From positions 73,855 through 137,854 of the forward strand of contig URLJ01000001.1 in NCBI GenBank assembly GCA_900548675.1: a DNA stretch of 64,000 bases, given 5' to 3'. Shown here in pieces: positions 43,365 through 51,612 of the stretch. The notes below the pieces were generated by a model that saw only the letters and a program-made list of their open reading frames with translations, had not been told where the DNA came from and searched no databases. Position 1 is the stretch's first letter. Each line of letters opens with the position of its first letter. The stretch comes from an uncultured Mollicutes bacterium (GTDB lineage Bacteria > Bacillota_I > Bacilli_A > ML615J-28 > CAG-313). The translations under genes were made by a program, and so were the position numbers.

Positions 43365-44644
43365 TATTTAGTCCCCTCCTTAGCTTTCTTTTCTTTCCTT
43401 TTCTCTCTATCACAAATCTTACATCTGGCGGCAAGGCCATCTCGTGAGTTTTGTTTCTGCGTAAAATTACGAATATCACGTAATAAGGTTTTCCCGCAAG
43501 TTGAACAAACTTTAAACTTTGATGGGTCATTTCTAGCTTCCCATGCATCTCGCGCCAACTGAGCAGTCTTTGCAATTTGGCCGCAAATCATTTTGGTATA
43601 AATTGTGCTAATATAGTTGTCACTATAATTTAAACCAAATTTTTGTTGTAATTCTTCTCTAATATATTCGTTTGTTGTTTTGTCAATTTTCCTAATTAAA
43701 ATATAACGACGAGCTTCACTTAAGTCAGCTTGGTCAATATAGTCCTCAAGTTCCCAAACTAAATACTTAAGGTCAGAATTCAGTTGCTCATAAGTTAACT
43801 GTTTAAGCTCTCCATAAAATTCTAAAAACCAATACACATGTGTCGGATTAGTAAAGTCAATATAATTCTTACTAACCTCAACCCATTCCCAACCATCAAT
43901 GCCGTTTCGTAGTTGTTCGGCAAGTTCCTCTTGCTCATTCGCATACCATGTTTCCCCAAAATGCTTACGGTAATGGTCTGCGCGCCAACTTTTATAACAC
44001 CAATCTGTGTAAAGGTCTTTTACATAACCCGTATCAGATGTATAAACAAATGGCACAGCACTACTAAAACTGAATTTTGCGCGAAGAGGTTCAACGTATG
44101 CGTCCTTAAGCGCAAATTGTTCTTGTCTAAGTTGAATTAGTAAGTGATTTTTCTTATAAAACTCAAGTCCAAGTTTTTGTTTCTCCTTAAGTTCCTTAAC
44201 TCTAGCAGCCAAAGGGTCAATAATGTCCCATAAGCCTCTCATACCAGGAATTTTAGCGTCAGGTCCGTCAGGGTTACGACTAATTGTCGGTTTAACTTTT
44301 TTGTAACAGTTGCGTTGGACAGGCTTAAACTGGGTTTCGTTTGTTAAGGGGTCTTCCAGTAGGGCGTCTAACGACTCAGCTTTCTTACGTTGGTAAGCGC
44401 TGTGAGCTTGCTCAATTTGAATTTCTTTAGTCTGGCAAAAGTTTTTGTCAGTTTTAGGGTCTTTGCCGTAAAGTATAAAGTTAGCAATTTTTTCTAAGTC
44501 AGCTTGAACAGACGGACTATCATAATTGGCTTCGTAGTAGTTGGCGGCGGAACCATTATTTTCTGAAAAAAGGTCGGAAACTTGGTTGGCACGGTCAACG
44601 TTCGAATAAAGGTTATAGTCTAAGTTTTTACTAATTAAGTCCAT
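43364..44644 (-). CDS. hypothetical protein with C-terminal zinc-ribbon; first gene of the leftward late operon
   Basis: 426 aa ending CSTCGK...CKICDREKRK. Confidence 0.25.
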   Translation of the reverse strand: MDLISKNLDYNLYSNVDRANQVSDLFSENNGSAANYYEANYDSPSVQADLEKIANFILYGKDPKTDKNFCQTKEIQIEQAHSAYQRKKAESLDALLEDPLTNETQFKPVQRNCYKKVKPTISRNPDGPDAKIPGMRGLWDIIDPLAARVKELKEKQKLGLEFYKKNHLLIQLRQEQFALKDAYVEPLRAKFSFSSAVPFVYTSDTGYVKDLYTDWCYKSWRADHYRKHFGETWYANEQEELAEQLRNGIDGWEWVEVSKNYIDFTNPTHVYWFLEFYGELKQLTYEQLNSDLKYLVWELEDYIDQADLSEARRYILIRKIDKTTNEYIREELQQKFGLNYSDNYISTIYTKMICGQIAKTAQLARDAWEARNDPSKFKVCSTCGKTLLRDIRNFTQKQNSRDGLAARCKICDREKRKEKKAKEGTK

Positions 44645-45081
44645 AGGCTGTCATATTCTCCTTTATAAATTTATATTGTGTCATAGTTGTGTCTCCTTTT
44701 AAGTTTAGTAGACAAGTAATTGTCTATAATTAAAGTATAAGGGAAAGTTGACGAAAAGTCAAGTAGGGGAGTTAGTATTAAAATAAGTGTAATTTCTGAA
44801 AAAAATTTTGGTCGGTAGGTGTAATTTTTAAAATAAAAATTAGTCAGTAGGTGTAATTTCCAGGTGACCCCGATACAATTTTGTCAAAAAGTAAAAGTCC
44901 CAAAACCCTTCCCCCAGTAGGATTTGCGGGCTCGCCTTTGCACCCCTTGTCAGAAAGACAACCGTTTGTCTGAGGTATAGCGTTTGTCAGAAAGTCAAAA
45001 AAAAGTTTGTCAAAAAAACAACTTTGTAATAATTTTGTAATATTGTAATATAAATGTAATGTAAATGTAATGTAAATGTTC

Positions 45082-45110
45082 TTGTATTTTCGACAGTTTT
45101 CGCATATAAT
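45082..45110 (+). promoter_or_regulatory. sigma-70/SigA-type promoter (TTGTAT-N17-TATAAT) preceded by TGTAAT x6 tandem repeats
   Basis: -35 at 45082-45087 and -10 at 45105-45110, in the divergent region. Confidence 0.4.
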
Positions 45111-45365
45111 AACATCATCAGGAGAAGGAAGGCGAAGGACTGAACCAAAAAGACAAAATATAATTATGTAAACCGTTCAGGTATTATGTAAACTATAAAT
45201 AAAATATGGCGTTTTGTCAAAAGGTCAAAAGGAGCTGGGTTTTGGTCGAAAAAGCTGGACTTCACCAGATGCAAAAAATTTAAAATTTTTTTCAAAAAAA
45301 AGCAGGAATTTTAAATTTTTTATAGAATATTATAATATAAAGATATGAAAGGAAGGAAGAAAAAA

Positions 45366-45860
45366 ATGGACGAAAAACAACTTTTTTTAGGAATAAGTAA
45401 AGAAAAATGGCTTGAATTATTCGAAGGGCTAGGAGGTTGCAACTGCTACGAGTTGTACTTTATATTTAAACATAATCTATATAAAATCGAATTGAAAGAA
45501 CTAGAGAACGATATAGTAAAAGTAGGAAGAGAAAGCAGTTCAAAAGGAGGACACTTAAAACTTAGACTTTATGTAAACAGTGCAAAGAAGCAACAATGGA
45601 TAATCAGCAACAAAGCAAAAAAAATTATGTCAGAAGAGAAAATGATAACATCAGCTAAAGAATTAAATTTAAACAAAGGGCAATTTTGTGAATACCTTTC
45701 AGCCAAAGCTAGAAAACAAGAATACACCCTAGATAATGTAAGATTTGACAAAGCTGGAGACGTAAACTTAAAAAGAAAAAAGATACAAGTAAAATTCGAG
45801 AACGCAAGTCTAACACAATTAAGAACAATAGCAAAGGTTGCTAAGCTAAACTTAGCTTAG
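45366..45860 (+). CDS. hypothetical early protein
   Basis: RBS GAAAGGAAGGAAG before ATG 45366. The upstream ATG at 45345 has no RBS. Confidence 0.4.
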   Translation: MDEKQLFLGISKEKWLELFEGLGGCNCYELYFIFKHNLYKIELKELENDIVKVGRESSSKGGHLKLRLYVNSAKKQQWIISNKAKKIMSEEKMITSAKELNLNKGQFCEYLSAKARKQEYTLDNVRFDKAGDVNLKRKKIQVKFENASLTQLRTIAKVAKLNLA

Positions 45861-45911
45861 TACCTTGCAAATATGATATAAAATAAATAAATAAAAAGGA
45901 GCTGTATTATT

Positions 45912-46094
45912 ATGAAAAAATTATTAGGTATGTTATTAGGAAGTATATTATTAGGAAGTGTTTTAATGTTAATATTAGGAGCTATAAACTGGTTCATTGA
46001 CTGGGCTACTATGGACGAAGGAAGGTTTATCCTATCAATGATAATCATAGGATATGTAGTTGTTAAAATGATAAAAAGAGAGCTAGAACTATAA
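45912..46094 (+). CDS. small hydrophobic membrane protein (60 aa)
   Basis: RBS AAAGGAG. Two predicted TM helices. Confidence 0.4.
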   Translation: MKKLLGMLLGSILLGSVLMLILGAINWFIDWATMDEGRFILSMIIIGYVVVKMIKRELEL

Positions 46095-46102
46095 CTAGCT
46101 CT

Positions 46103-46137
46103 TTATGTAAACCGCTTCTCGCGGCAAGTTTACATAA
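46103..46137. repeat. gene-terminal inverted-repeat element, family member A (TTATGTAAAC-GC core-GTTTACATAA)
   Basis: Arms at 46103-46112 and 46128-46137 flank CCGCTTCTCGCGG. Confidence 0.6.
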
Positions 46138-46225
46138 ATACTTTACTAAATTAATGAATTAATTAGTAGACTTATAAGTTTACATAATAACTTTACAAAT
46201 AAATAAATTATTTTTGTATAAACTA

Positions 46226-46254
46226 TTGACTTCTGGATAAAATAATGATATAAT
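46226..46254 (+). promoter_or_regulatory. consensus early promoter TTGACT-N17-TATAAT
   Basis: -35 at 46226-46231 and -10 at 46249-46254. One of roughly 38 near-identical promoters in 45-61 kb. Confidence 0.55.
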
Positions 46255-46281
46255 ATAAGAGTAGAAAGGAAAGGGATAAAT

Positions 46282-46473
46282 ATGGCAAATAAATTTATTA
46301 ATCATTTTACAGTTGCAGAATTGGAAATAATAAATTGGTACTTAAAACAAGCCCAAGAACAAGAAAGTAAAAGACTAAATGAAATGGGAGAAATAGCAAA
46401 AAAGAGATATATTGACTTAAGGTTTATAATTGTTAAAAACAAAAACTTAATTAAAAAATACAAAAAAGTTTAG
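46282..46473 (+). CDS. hypothetical small protein (63 aa)
   Basis: RBS AAAGGAAAGGG before ATG. Confidence 0.35.
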   Translation: MANKFINHFTVAELEIINWYLKQAQEQESKRLNEMGEIAKKRYIDLRFIIVKNKNLIKKYKKV

Positions 46474-46754
46474 CAAAATGCTAAACTTAATATAAAACAA
46501 TTATAATGGCATTTATTTACAAAGTAATTTTATTTTTCAATTTTATTTTAATTTTAATTTTGATTTTGATTTTATTTTGATTAACCCCAGCCCCTAAAAT
46601 AGAATTGCTTTAACCCCTATTTTGATTATAACCCCAAAATAATTTTAAAAAAATGTATAAAAACACTTGACAAAGGTTATAATATATAGTATAATATATA
46701 TATAATAAATAAGACAGATGATAAAGTCTTTAAAACATAGAAGGAGAGATGTTT

Positions 46755-47108
46755 ATGGAAAAATTAACAATTGCAAAGAAAAATGAAATTTTAAGAGAAA
46801 GAGCATTTGATATGCTAATTAAGGAAGGTTTACTAAATGACAAACTATTTAAGGTTGCAGGTTCAAAATTTATGGTAAATGTTGAATTTGAAGGAGAACA
46901 AGTTCCAGTAAGAATTGATTTTGTAGTTCCAAAAATTGACCCAGAAGATACTTGTCAATTTGCAGAAGATTTTGCAGAACTTTATGAACAAGAACAAGAA
47001 GGAAAAAGAATTGCAAAAGAAGAAAAACAAAAAGCAAAAGAAAAGAAAATTGCAAGAGATAAAGCATTAAGAGAGAAAAAGAAAAAAGAAAAAGAAGAAG
47101 GACAATAG
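46755..47108 (+). CDS. hypothetical protein, paralog family A (lysine-rich C-terminal tail)
   Basis: RBS AAGGAGAG 6 nt before ATG 46755. Paralogous to the 49575-49946 product (shared L-x-AK-E, VRIDxVVPK, AEDxxxL, K-rich tail). Confidence 0.45.
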   Translation: MEKLTIAKKNEILRERAFDMLIKEGLLNDKLFKVAGSKFMVNVEFEGEQVPVRIDFVVPKIDPEDTCQFAEDFAELYEQEQEGKRIAKEEKQKAKEKKIARDKALREKKKKEKEEGQ

Positions 47109-47120
47109 TCCTTCTTTTTT
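47091..47120 (+). terminator. intrinsic terminator
   Basis: GAAGGAC-aata-GTCCTTC followed by T7. Confidence 0.5.
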
Positions 47121-47138
47121 TATTTTATTGTAAAGATA

Positions 47139-47200
47139 TTATGTAAACCTTTATGTAAAGGTATTATGTTAACCGCTTCCGGCGCCCGAAGTTTACATAA
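47139..47200. repeat. gene-terminal inverted-repeat element B (three left-arm copies, GC core CCGGCGCCCG, right arm GTTTACATAA)
   Basis: Left arms TTATGTAAAC at 47139 and 47151 and TTATGTTAAC at 47165. Right arm at 47191-47200. Confidence 0.55.
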
Positions 47201-47313
47201 CAACTTACAAATAATTTAAAAATATTTTAATTTTTTTTGCATATTTTACTTGACATTTGGAAATAATTATAGTATAATATAATTACAAAAGGGAAAGGTA
47301 AAAGGTGGTTAAT

Positions 47314-47790
47314 ATGAAAAAAATATTTTTAGATTTAGATGGAACATTAGCAAAATTTAATGTAAGAAATGCTTTACAAAGATTTGATAAAGAAATTGGC
47401 TTTTTTGCAAAACTTGGAGCATATAAAGGAATTGAAACAATAAACGAATTAGCAAAAAATGGAAATGTATATATAATTTCAGCAAGTCCAAACACACAAG
47501 CAGATTTTGACAAAATAGTTTGGATAGAAAAATATTTAAACAATATACCAAAAGCAAATAGGCTAATTTGTAGAGTTGGAGAAAACAAAGCAGAATATTT
47601 AAAAACAAAAGGAATACAAATTGACAAAAATTGTTATTTGTTAGATGATTACACAAAAAACTTAACAGAATGGGAAACAGTTGGAGGAGTAGGCATTAAA
47701 AGAATTACAAAATGTGCTGATAATTCAACAAAAAAATGGTTAGGTTTAGAATTAAAAGATTTATGTAAACTAAGCGAAGTTTTGGCTTAG
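47314..47790 (+). CDS. HAD-superfamily 5'(3')-deoxyribonucleotidase-like protein (paralog 1)
   Basis: HAD motif I DLDGTL at the N-terminus. Later DD and K motifs. Paralogous to the 60875-61378 product. Confidence 0.5.
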   Translation: MKKIFLDLDGTLAKFNVRNALQRFDKEIGFFAKLGAYKGIETINELAKNGNVYIISASPNTQADFDKIVWIEKYLNNIPKANRLICRVGENKAEYLKTKGIQIDKNCYLLDDYTKNLTEWETVGGVGIKRITKCADNSTKKWLGLELKDLCKLSEVLA

Positions 47791-47825
47791 TTTTTCTTTT
47801 TGACAACCCGCTTCTGGTAAAGTTA

Positions 47826-47865
47826 TTATGTTAACTTGGCGCGCCGTCCAAAAAGGTTTACATAA
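47826..47865. repeat. gene-terminal inverted-repeat element C
   Basis: TTATGTTAAC (47826-47835)...GGCGCGCC...GTTTACATAA (47856-47865). Confidence 0.6.
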
Positions 47866-47958
47866 TATGTTGCAAATAAATTAAAAAATTTTTGCATAAA
47901 CTATTGACAAAAGGGAATAATAGTAGTATAATTAATACAACAAAGGGGGAATATAAAA

Positions 47959-48273
47959 ATGAAATTTATAAATATGATAAGAGAAATTATGCAAATGGAT
48001 ATTGAAAAAGGATTTAAAAGAAAAATGTTATTTTTGGGTTGTTTAGAGGCAATTTTAGGAGCTTATAAACTATTAATAAAATTACCAGTATATTTTTTTG
48101 GTTTACCTTTTAATATTTTACACAAAATTGGTGAATTTGTTGCTGATGGTTGTATGAATATAATGTGGGCTATTGATGAGTTACCAGATGTCAAATTGGC
48201 TAAAAAAGAAGACAAAGATATATTAGTTCAAAAATTAAAAGAAAAATATAATAGAAAAGTATTGACAAAATAA
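47959..48273 (+). CDS. hypothetical protein with hydrophobic segment
   Basis: RBS AAAGGGGGAA. 104 aa. Confidence 0.4.
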   Translation: MKFINMIREIMQMDIEKGFKRKMLFLGCLEAILGAYKLLIKLPVYFFGLPFNILHKIGEFVADGCMNIMWAIDELPDVKLAKKEDKDILVQKLKEKYNRKVLTK

Positions 48274-48322
48274 AATGTATATGTTATAATATAATTAAGT
48301 TAAGAGAAGGGAAGAGATTAAA

Positions 48323-49021
48323 ATGAAAATTGATAAAAGAAAAAAATATTTAATGGTGTTAGATGTTGAAACTGCAAACTCAAATGTAGAAAAAGGTGCA
48401 AAAAACGATGGTTTAGTTTATGATTTAGGACTAACAGTAATTGATAAAAAAGGACAAATTTACGAAAAGAAAAGTTTTGCAATAAAAGAAATTTTTGACT
48501 GGTCTGAGCTTATGTCAACTGCTTATTATAAAAATAAATTACCAAAATATTATGAGAAATTAAAAAACAAAACAATGGAAAAAGTAAGTATTTGGACTGC
48601 ACGAAAAATAGTTAAAAATTTAATAGAAAAATATAATATAACAGAAGTTTATGCTTTTAATGCTTTATTTGATTATACAACATTAAATAACACAGTTAGA
48701 TATTTAAGTGGTTCAGGTTGTAGATGGTTTTTCCCTTATGGTACAAAAATATGTGATATTTGGCACATTGCTTGTCAAGTGTTAGGAACACAAAAAACTT
48801 TCCAATGGGAAAATGTTAGAAATGCAAAAGGAAATCTAATAACAAACGCAGAACGAATGTTTGGTTATATAGACCAAAATGAAGATTTTGAAGAAGAACA
48901 CACAGGACTTGCAGATACACTAATTGAGGGGCAAATACTTGTTCGTTGTTTTAATAATCATAAATCAATTGATAAAAAAATCAATAGAAGTTGTTGGAGA
49001 ATACCACAAAAAGTTGCTTAG
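48323..49021 (+). CDS. DEDDh 3'-5' exonuclease (DnaQ-like), paralog 1
   Basis: Exo I LDVETAN, Exo II YAFNALFD, Exo III HTGLADT. Paralogous to the 57683-58447 product. Confidence 0.55.
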   Translation: MKIDKRKKYLMVLDVETANSNVEKGAKNDGLVYDLGLTVIDKKGQIYEKKSFAIKEIFDWSELMSTAYYKNKLPKYYEKLKNKTMEKVSIWTARKIVKNLIEKYNITEVYAFNALFDYTTLNNTVRYLSGSGCRWFFPYGTKICDIWHIACQVLGTQKTFQWENVRNAKGNLITNAERMFGYIDQNEDFEEEHTGLADTLIEGQILVRCFNNHKSIDKKINRSCWRIPQKVA

Positions 49022-49049
49022 GCAACTTTTTCTTTTTGACAAAATAATA

Positions 49050-49116
49050 TTATGTTAACTTATCCCGCCGGCGCGAAAACGAACAAATGTTTGGTGTAAC
49101 CTTCAGGTTTACATAA
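49050..49116. repeat. gene-terminal inverted-repeat element D, enclosing a Cheo-box-like site
   Basis: TTATGTTAAC (49050-49059)...CCGCCGGCG...CGAACAAATGTTTG...GTTTACATAA (49107-49116). Confidence 0.6.
49080..49093. promoter_or_regulatory. LexA Cheo-box-like site CGAACAAATGTTTG
   Basis: GAAC-N4-GTTT matches the Gram-positive SOS box CGAACRNRYGTTCG with one mismatch. Confidence 0.4.
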
Positions 49117-49224
49117 TAACTTACAAATAATTGTCAAAAAGAATTTTAAAAAATTTTGTATATTCTCTTGACTTTTGCATATAATAGTAGTATAATAAAT
49201 ATATAAAGAAAAGGGGATGATAAT

Positions 49225-49362
49225 ATGAATGAAATAATTAATAGGTTAGTTGAAAATGCAATACAAAAATATGGATTTGAACACAAAAAGACAATAGCAA
49301 TTGTAAAAAATGCTGAAAACTTAAAAGAAAAATATGAGTTAGGAATTTTAAAAATTTGTTAA
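49225..49362 (+). CDS. small hypothetical protein (45 aa)
   Basis: RBS AAAGGGGATGA before ATG 49225, behind its own TTGACT-N17-TATAAT promoter at 49167-49196. Not in the ORF track because it is under 60 aa. Confidence 0.3.
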   Translation: MNEIINRLVENAIQKYGFEHKKTIAIVKNAENLKEKYELGILKIC

Positions 49363-49574
49363 AAAACTATTGACAAGATAAACAAAGTATGTTATAATAT
49401 AAGTACAGTAAGAAAAGAAGTCAAGACAAAATAAAAATAAAAAGTTTTAAAAAAGTCTTGACAAACACAATAAAGTATGTTATAATAAATACATAAAGAG
49501 AAGTAAAAAATCTTGAAAATTCTCTGAAAAGATTTATAAAAAAATTAAAATTTGAAAGGATTAGGTGATGTTTT

Positions 49575-49946
49575 ATGGCAAAATTAACAGTAGCAAAAAT
49601 CAATGAAATGGCAAGAGGAGTTGCAATGGAGGAAATAGCAAAAAATGGCTTAGTAAACTTCCTACAAATAGAAGGAACTAAATTTGCAAAAGATTTTGAA
49701 TTTGAAACAGAAGAAGGCAAAATGACAAAAACTGTAAGAATTGATGTAGTTGTTCCAAAATTAGAAGAAGGGGAAAATGCTGAATTTCTAGCAGAAGATT
49801 ACCAATTAAGACTAAAAGAAAAAAAAGAAAATGCTAAAGCAAAAGCAGAAGCAAAGGCTAAAAAAATTGCAAGAGATGAAAAAAGAAGAGCAGAAAAAAA
49901 GGCAAATGAAACAAACCCAGTAATTAAGAGAACTATAAAAGAATAG
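49575..49946 (+). CDS. hypothetical protein, paralog family A (second copy)
   Basis: Shares MxKLTxAK, VRIDVVVPK and AEDY motifs and a K-rich tail with the 46755-47108 product. Confidence 0.45.
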   Translation: MAKLTVAKINEMARGVAMEEIAKNGLVNFLQIEGTKFAKDFEFETEEGKMTKTVRIDVVVPKLEEGENAEFLAEDYQLRLKEKKENAKAKAEAKAKKIARDEKRRAEKKANETNPVIKRTIKE

Positions 49947-49949
49947 TCA

Positions 49950-49978
49950 AAAGGGCAAAATGCCCTTTTGTTTTTTGT
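49950..49978 (+). terminator. intrinsic terminator
   Basis: AAAGGGCAAAATGCCCTTT followed by TGTTTTTTGTTT. Confidence 0.55.
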
Positions 49979-49990
49979 TTGGTAAAGATA

Positions 49991-50035
49991 TTATGTAAAC
50001 CAAACATTTGTTCAGGCCGGCACAAGTTTACATAA
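49991..50035. repeat. gene-terminal inverted-repeat element E, enclosing a Cheo-box-like site
   Basis: TTATGTAAAC (49991-50000)...CAAACATTTGTTCAG...GGCCGGC...GTTTACATAA (50026-50035). Confidence 0.6.
50001..50015. promoter_or_regulatory. LexA Cheo-box-like site (reverse complement CTGAACAAATGTTTG)
   Basis: GAAC-N4-GTTT. Confidence 0.4.
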
Positions 50036-50127
50036 AATTCCAAAAATTTTTTAATAAAATTAGTATAAACTATTGACATTTGCACATAATAGTAGTATAA
50101 TATAAATATAGAAGGGGAGTTGATAAT

Positions 50128-50562
50128 ATGAAAAATAAAAAACTTATGGAGGCTAAAAAGTTAATTAAATCAATAGATAATGATATTCAAATCATTGTAG
50201 AAAGACACAAATATACAAGAGGGTTAACCTGTGAACCAACAGAAAAAAGAATTTATTTAGGTTTTAGGGCTACAAAAATTGAAAACCAAACATTCATAGA
50301 TTTAGTTAATGAATTAGAACCTAATTTCTTCCAGAAGTACAAAGTTAGTTTATGGCTATTAAGTGTATTACACGAAATAGGACACATTCAAACCCACGAT
50401 GAAGAACTTGAAGACGATTACAATTTTTGTGTTGATTTTCTTAATGAGTTGAAATTAAACAATGAAATTACAGAAAAAGAACAAAACGAATATTATGTAA
50501 GGTTAGACTTAGAACAAATGGCAACACAATGGGCAATAGATTATGTAAAGAAGGCATTTTAG
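50128..50562 (+). CDS. putative zinc metallopeptidase (HExxH; ImmA/IrrE- or SprT-like)
   Basis: HEIGH motif inside LLSVLHEIGHIQTHDEE, with a downstream Glu. 144 aa. Confidence 0.4.
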   Translation: MKNKKLMEAKKLIKSIDNDIQIIVERHKYTRGLTCEPTEKRIYLGFRATKIENQTFIDLVNELEPNFFQKYKVSLWLLSVLHEIGHIQTHDEELEDDYNFCVDFLNELKLNNEITEKEQNEYYVRLDLEQMATQWAIDYVKKAF

Positions 50563-50591
50563 CCTTCTTTTTTTATACCATAATTACCATT

Positions 50592-50627
50592 TTATGTAAA
50601 CTTGGCTTGCCGGCGCGGTTTACATAA
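50592..50627. repeat. gene-terminal inverted-repeat element F
   Basis: TTATGTAAAC (50592-50601)...GCCGGCGCG...GTTTACATAA (50618-50627). A degenerate Cheo-like CAAACATTTGTTTG follows at 50649-50662. Confidence 0.55.
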
Positions 50628-50689
50628 CAACTTTACATAATGCCGCACCAAACATTTGTTTGTCAAATTTCAACTCTTTATTGCCGGCA

Positions 50690-50835
50690 CGCTCGCAGCC
50701 TACTGTCAAATTTCTACCACCCTCGCCGCCTCCTAAGGAGCTGCAAAGGAGCTGGGAGCTGCGTTGTCAAATTTTCGCCAGGAGCTGCGTTCAACCTCCC
50801 AGGTTTACATAATATGTTTACAGGAGCTGCAAAGC
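50690..50835 (+). repeat. GC-rich GGAGCTGC repeat island with TGTCAAATTT x3
   Basis: (A/C)AGGAGCTGC occurs 5 times and TGTCAAATTT(C) 3 times. The track ORF 50640-50852 is judged a spurious product of these repeats. Confidence 0.5.
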
Positions 50836-50906
50836 CAACGTTTGACTTTTAGTACAAATTCATGTATAATTATATTATAGAAAAAATAAAGAAAGGGTTG
50901 ATTTAA

Positions 50907-51212
50907 ATGGGTAATAGAGATAGAATAATTAGATGGGACGACGAAAACAATGCACACAGATATTTTGTTAATGGCAGATTAGTAGGATGTGGATATGACT
51001 TTTTAGAAGTATTCGAGAAAGCTGCACCATTCTTACACATTGGCAGAGAAATAGTAACTCGTCAAGTTTGTCTTTGTGATATTGACAGCGACTTATCAGA
51101 TACAAAAACAGGTATGATAGTAGATTTCTTAAACGAAGCTAAAAGATTAACAGAATTTCAAGAAAAAGCATTATACGAATTTGACTTCACATCTTTGTTA
51201 GAATTGATATAA
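50907..51212 (+). CDS. hypothetical protein (101 aa)
   Basis: RBS AAAGGGTTGA. Promoter at 50845-50875. Confidence 0.4.
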   Translation: MGNRDRIIRWDDENNAHRYFVNGRLVGCGYDFLEVFEKAAPFLHIGREIVTRQVCLCDIDSDLSDTKTGMIVDFLNEAKRLTEFQEKALYEFDFTSLLELI

Positions 51213-51219
51213 CGCACAT

Positions 51220-51248
51220 TTGACTTTTAGTTAAAAGTGTTATATAAT
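51220..51248 (+). promoter_or_regulatory. promoter of the tRNA/ncRNA operon (TTGACT-N17-TATAAT)
   Basis: -35 at 51220-51225 and -10 at 51243-51248. Confidence 0.55.
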
Positions 51249-51280
51249 ATTATTATAGAAAATAAATAATATTTTCTTAG

Positions 51281-51612
51281 CGATGAAAACCACCGTATCA
51301 GTGGCTAGTCGCACACAAATCCTTAGGTCAGTAATTAAGCGCAGTCATGATGGGCTTAGTGAAGGATAAGGTTGACTGTTAGTGAACGAGGACTATCAAG
51401 TTATCAGTAGGAAGAAACTGTTCCCAGGTTGTTGGAATCGGGGTGAGAGAACCAACCAGACCGAAACTGAAAGAGGCTCCGCACCTATGCGTTAAATGGC
51501 GATAGCAGAGATTAGTTATCTGCGAGTAAGAGACATATTATTTAATTAGTGCACACTCTCTTGCGTGCGGGGTTTGTATCATTTAGAACTATAGTCGCCC
51601 CGCAATTTATAT
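51281..51612 (+). ncRNA. structured RNA with group-I-intron-like core motifs (R-like GAACGAGGACTATCA, S-like AGAACTATAGTCGCC); no exons recognised
   Basis: P7-like pairing between GACTA (51392-51396) and TAGTC (51592-51596). Many nested hairpins. Lies between the promoter and tRNA-Leu(TAG). No ORF. Confidence 0.3.

Noticed and set aside
45865-45882. Promoter upstream of gene 45912
   Set aside because: TTGCAA and TATAAA are only 6 nt apart, so the gene is probably co-transcribed with 45366-45860.
46103-50627. Integron attC-site interpretation of the cassette-terminal inverted repeats
   Set aside because: The arms do not match the attC R''/R' cores (RYYYAAC / GTTRRRY). No integron integrase (IntI) is present. 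The analogy is structural only.
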